From Raillietiella orientalis (Eukaryota), in contig JAYWIR010000048.1 in assembly GCA_036172245.1 (NCBI GenBank), positions 124,001 through 188,000 on the forward strand: 64,000 nucleotides of DNA, given 5' to 3'. This document shows, one piece after another, positions 57,337 through 64,000 of this stretch. The translations under genes and the position numbers were made by a program. Numbering within the stretch: the stretch's first letter is position 1; each line of letters opens with the position of its first letter. The notes below the pieces were generated by a model. It did not search any database. It was given only the letters and a program-made list of their open reading frames with translations, and was not told the DNA's origin.

Positions 57337-58553
57337 TTATTTCGCGTGTGTAGCTACGCCGGAGCATGTGACAGTTGCACACGTGAAGTGCGAAACGAAG
57401 TGCTGAAAGGGCTTATGGGGTGTATGATTTGTACGTTTCCCGTCACGAGAGAAAGATGATTCTTCAAGCAAGTACAACCGCAAACAGTATGTACACATCG
57501 TTACGAACGTGATCTGCGGCGTCCGTCGAGCCGAATTATCCGTGCAAATGCCTGGAAGTGTGGATGACAGTTTACTAATTCTTCCTAATGGCACTGCTCC
57601 GTTGAATTGTTTCTTGCACGCTTATGGAAAAGACCCTCGCAACGATCAAGACCTCACTTTCCCCTGGGAACCGAGGTGCCTGAAAATGGCGCGTGGGAGG
57701 GAGGTTTGCCCTTCGGCATCCAAGGTTTCCTCCGTATCTCCGTTACAGCTTACTCTGGAAAATCCATCGTGTGACTTCGATGCATTCTGAGCAAGGCATT
57801 GCCGATTTCAAGTGCGGAGCGTGTGCGGTGTTGGTGTCTAAAGACGTGCGTGCTCGGCACCTTTCGTTTTGTCCGCACGCGTTTTGGACCCCACGTGCTG
57901 AAGTCAGGATGCGATTCCTCACCGTCATGGACCGGCTCGCTCACTGCTCTCCCTTCGAGCTCGTGCTTCTCAAAGGCATCACGTGACTGTGTCCCTTACG
58001 GGATGTGTGATTCATGCGATCGTCCTCACGTGATGTACATGAACAAGCCGAATGCTTGTACTGTGTGTGTGTTTTTATCCACAAAAACACCCAAACTGTT
58101 GCTTCTGAAGTCGATGCTCGAGGTCAGTGTTGCCAGAGCAAAATGAGGGAGACCCATCCATGCACGGAACGGATTCTCCGTGCGTGTGCCTCCTCGTACA
58201 GCTCCGGACTCGCTTCCAGCGGACCTGCTGCTTCTCTCCGAGATTGGAGGACTTTCGTGATAATCACACTCTGTCGAGGATGAAGTACGATTAGACGAAG
58301 TGCGCTGCTGCTGCATCCGTAGATGTGGTCTGTGGGAATGCTCGTTCTCGGATGAAATGGGCATCACCTTGAGATGCTCGAAAAGCTCAGCTGTCCGCTC
58401 GATGGCAACTGGGAATCGGTGGTTGCCACTGATTTCGATCCTGGAACGGTCGTTCTTTCTTTCTGAAGCAAAAGGAAGTCGTTGGAAATGCACCGAGCAA
58501 CCATCGGAAAGAATGATGCTGCTGATGACATGGAAAAACTGCAGTTGGTTCAG
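57337..58553 (-). CDS. Candidate spliced orphan gene, Ser/charged-rich, no recognised domain; may extend to ~59.9 kb
   Basis: Open phase-0 chain 57986-57861 (SRDAFEKHELEGRAVSEP..GPKRVRTKRK), 57786-57658 and 57612 onward, separated by GT-AG introns of 74 and 45 nt. A 155-aa upstream ORF lies on the same strand and AATAAA is at the 3' end. Alternative splice choices exist. Confidence 0.38.
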
Positions 58554-60103
58554 CTAAATCGTCAACACTTGTATCTTTTCACATCCTGGTCGGTAGCTGG
58601 AAAAGCTGCCCAGACAAGCCTTGCTCAGTCGCCCATCAGCGAAAAGCCATGCTCCTGGCAACGAGTGTACAGTGTACATCTCTCAGCGAGTCCAGACTGC
58701 GCAGGCATTCCACCACACATGCTTTTTGTAAACGCAAAGTTCCGACTTGGATGGAGATGAGATGGTTCAAATTTATAATCGAAAAGATCAAGATCAATAA
58801 CAAACCAGCTCCAGGTACTTGGAATTTTTCAACAGACACTTTTTTTTGAATGACTGAAGTTCCAAAACTGTTTGAACTTGAAAGACTCGAATCATTGGTT
58901 CAATGAAAAATTTATTCATAAACTTAAATCGCATAATAATGGAAAATATAGAAAAATATGGCAAATGTCTTGTTAGTGTTTGTGATGCAAGTGTCGTGTG
59001 ATCTGAATGCTGCAAAAGTCCCGTATTGGAAAGGGTGGGGAATGTACAGTAAAATTTTCGTGAATTCCGAATGCACAGCAGTTCGTAGCACTTCCGTAGC
59101 AAAGTGGAACCGAATGGGGTAAAATGGCACGCCGGAAACAAGGTATCCCAAACAAATATTTCACCAGTATTCCAGTATCCAGAATGTCGACTGTCCTTAA
59201 GATCAATCTTTCCTGGATAAGTGTTCGACTGACTTTTCATTCTTGTAGAATTCCCGAACCGGAAGTGCTCCAGCAAGCTTTAGGCAATCCAGTTTTCGGC
59301 TTTTTTTTTATCATCGCTACATCTGTGGAGACGACACCATCCATCAGTCGGAATCTCTAAAATCACCGCACCCATTTTTCCCTTTTCATGGTTTTCTGTA
59401 ATCATTTCTTGCTTTGTCCTGTGGCAAACACACTTCCTCAGCAGGAGGATCCTTGATGCGTTTTGTATTGTAAAGATATCCAATGGTGGGGTCCAATTTT
59501 CTAATGCATAGGTAATAGCTTCAGTTCTTGGGAATTGGACTTGACTTCAAAATATGGATAGCTATCGACAGTTCCCGCTTATTTGCGATAAAATCTGCAT
59601 TCATCATGTAAGCACCAATGACGAAAACATAAAATTGGATTCACACAAATTACCCAGGAGCGCAAACAGCTTTCATTAGCTTAAGAGTGACTGGATTCGT
59701 GTAGCCAGCTCAAATGAATATTTTCTACTTCATACACCCATAATTGAAATGCCATTACTTCAAACAAGAGGAACGCACACTTGTCAACATTCTACAGAAA
59801 AGCTGATGCAACGAACGGTAATCGATGATTTCACCATTTCTCAGTCAATAATTTACTTAGGATGGCAGCAAATCTTTTCCAGGAACCAAGCTCTCATACA
59901 GTGGAAATCCTACCGAAAGAACTAACACTCTTCTTTATCCAAAAAATTACAATGCTGCAATACTGCTGAAATTCGTTTTATTTTTTCTTTTTTTTTCCTT
60001 TCTTTTTTTTTTAAAAAAAAAAAAACATTTAAATTATTGTAATATCAACATATCAGTTAGTACAATTTTGTAATAAATCACAGATAACAGATTAAAAGGC
60101 ACT

Positions 60104-63215
<3,112 letters not shown>

Positions 63216-64000
63216 CTAGAATTAAAAGTCATAAGTTATCAGAATGTCTTCAGTCATCAATTTCAAATATTCTAGCTAGGATACATTTTACGCTGAATTT
63301 AATACAGAAACATGGGAATCATGCATGAGAGTCTGTACAAAGTATAGGCAAAGCATAAAACGTAAGAATTTCAAAAAAACCTGAAACAAAAAACACTAAA
63401 AACTGCAAAATTAATGTAGTTTTTGAAAAACTACACTGAGAAACAACTGCTTAAAGTTTACAATTGTAAATTCTAATTATTTTGAGGGAATATTAGGCAA
63501 ACCAACCCAGCTGCTGTAATTAATGCAAAGGTTCAAGATTACCTGGATGATAAAAAACAGGCATCATGAATAATATACGCAACTTTTTTATAAACAAAGC
63601 CATTGTATATGTATCTTTTAAGTTGATATGAAGGAGCCAAACAACAACCAAAATCTCATTAACCTTGCAAAGAAAATACTGCACCACTGAATAATGCATT
63701 AATAATAAATCAATTGTAGTTATTGGCCTCTTTTATTCTTACTACGCATTTCACGAATTATAGAGAATATGCAGATGCTGTACCCTTGAAGTGTAGCCTC
63801 AGCAATATTTAGAACCATGCATTTGATAGTAATTATTGATTCTCTGAGGGACCTGATGCCTAGCAATTTTGAAACTAGCAATATACAATAAAGCTGGTTT
63901 TATAGTCACATTCAAATGGTGTTCATTTACCGAACTTTGTAATCTACGTTCCAATGTAAGAAAAACTTGCTTTGTGCATACTTTAGATATGGGCAAAAAC

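Overview
Intron-rich animal genomic DNA with many 39-55 nt introns plus a few multi-kb introns. This suggests a compact-intron invertebrate, possibly a clade I nematode (inference). Seven conserved genes were rebuilt by splicing exons by hand: MAPKAPK2/MK2 (+, 5'-partial), a UBA-like/PTH2 peptidyl-tRNA hydrolase (+), beta-arrestin (-), DNA ligase I (+), a divergent RGS-domain protein (-), cytohesin/GRP1 (+) and a three-WW Smurf HECT E3 ligase (-, 5'-partial). Introns and intergenic DNA hold decayed LINE reverse-transcriptase fragments and a Penelope-like GIY-YIG fragment. The most unusual items are: (1) two diverged, oppositely oriented copies of a GC-rich LTR-PBS-ORF-like element with repeated CCGAAGGG motifs and an unrecognised ORF (about 10.3-12.5 kb and 33.1-34.3 kb); (2) a probable spliced orphan gene between cytohesin and Smurf; (3) a perfect 24-bp intronic hairpin; (4) a sharp mosaic of CpG-poor and CpG-rich domains. 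No new multi-gene system can be demonstrated from the sequence alone. All homology calls are by recognition, not database search.
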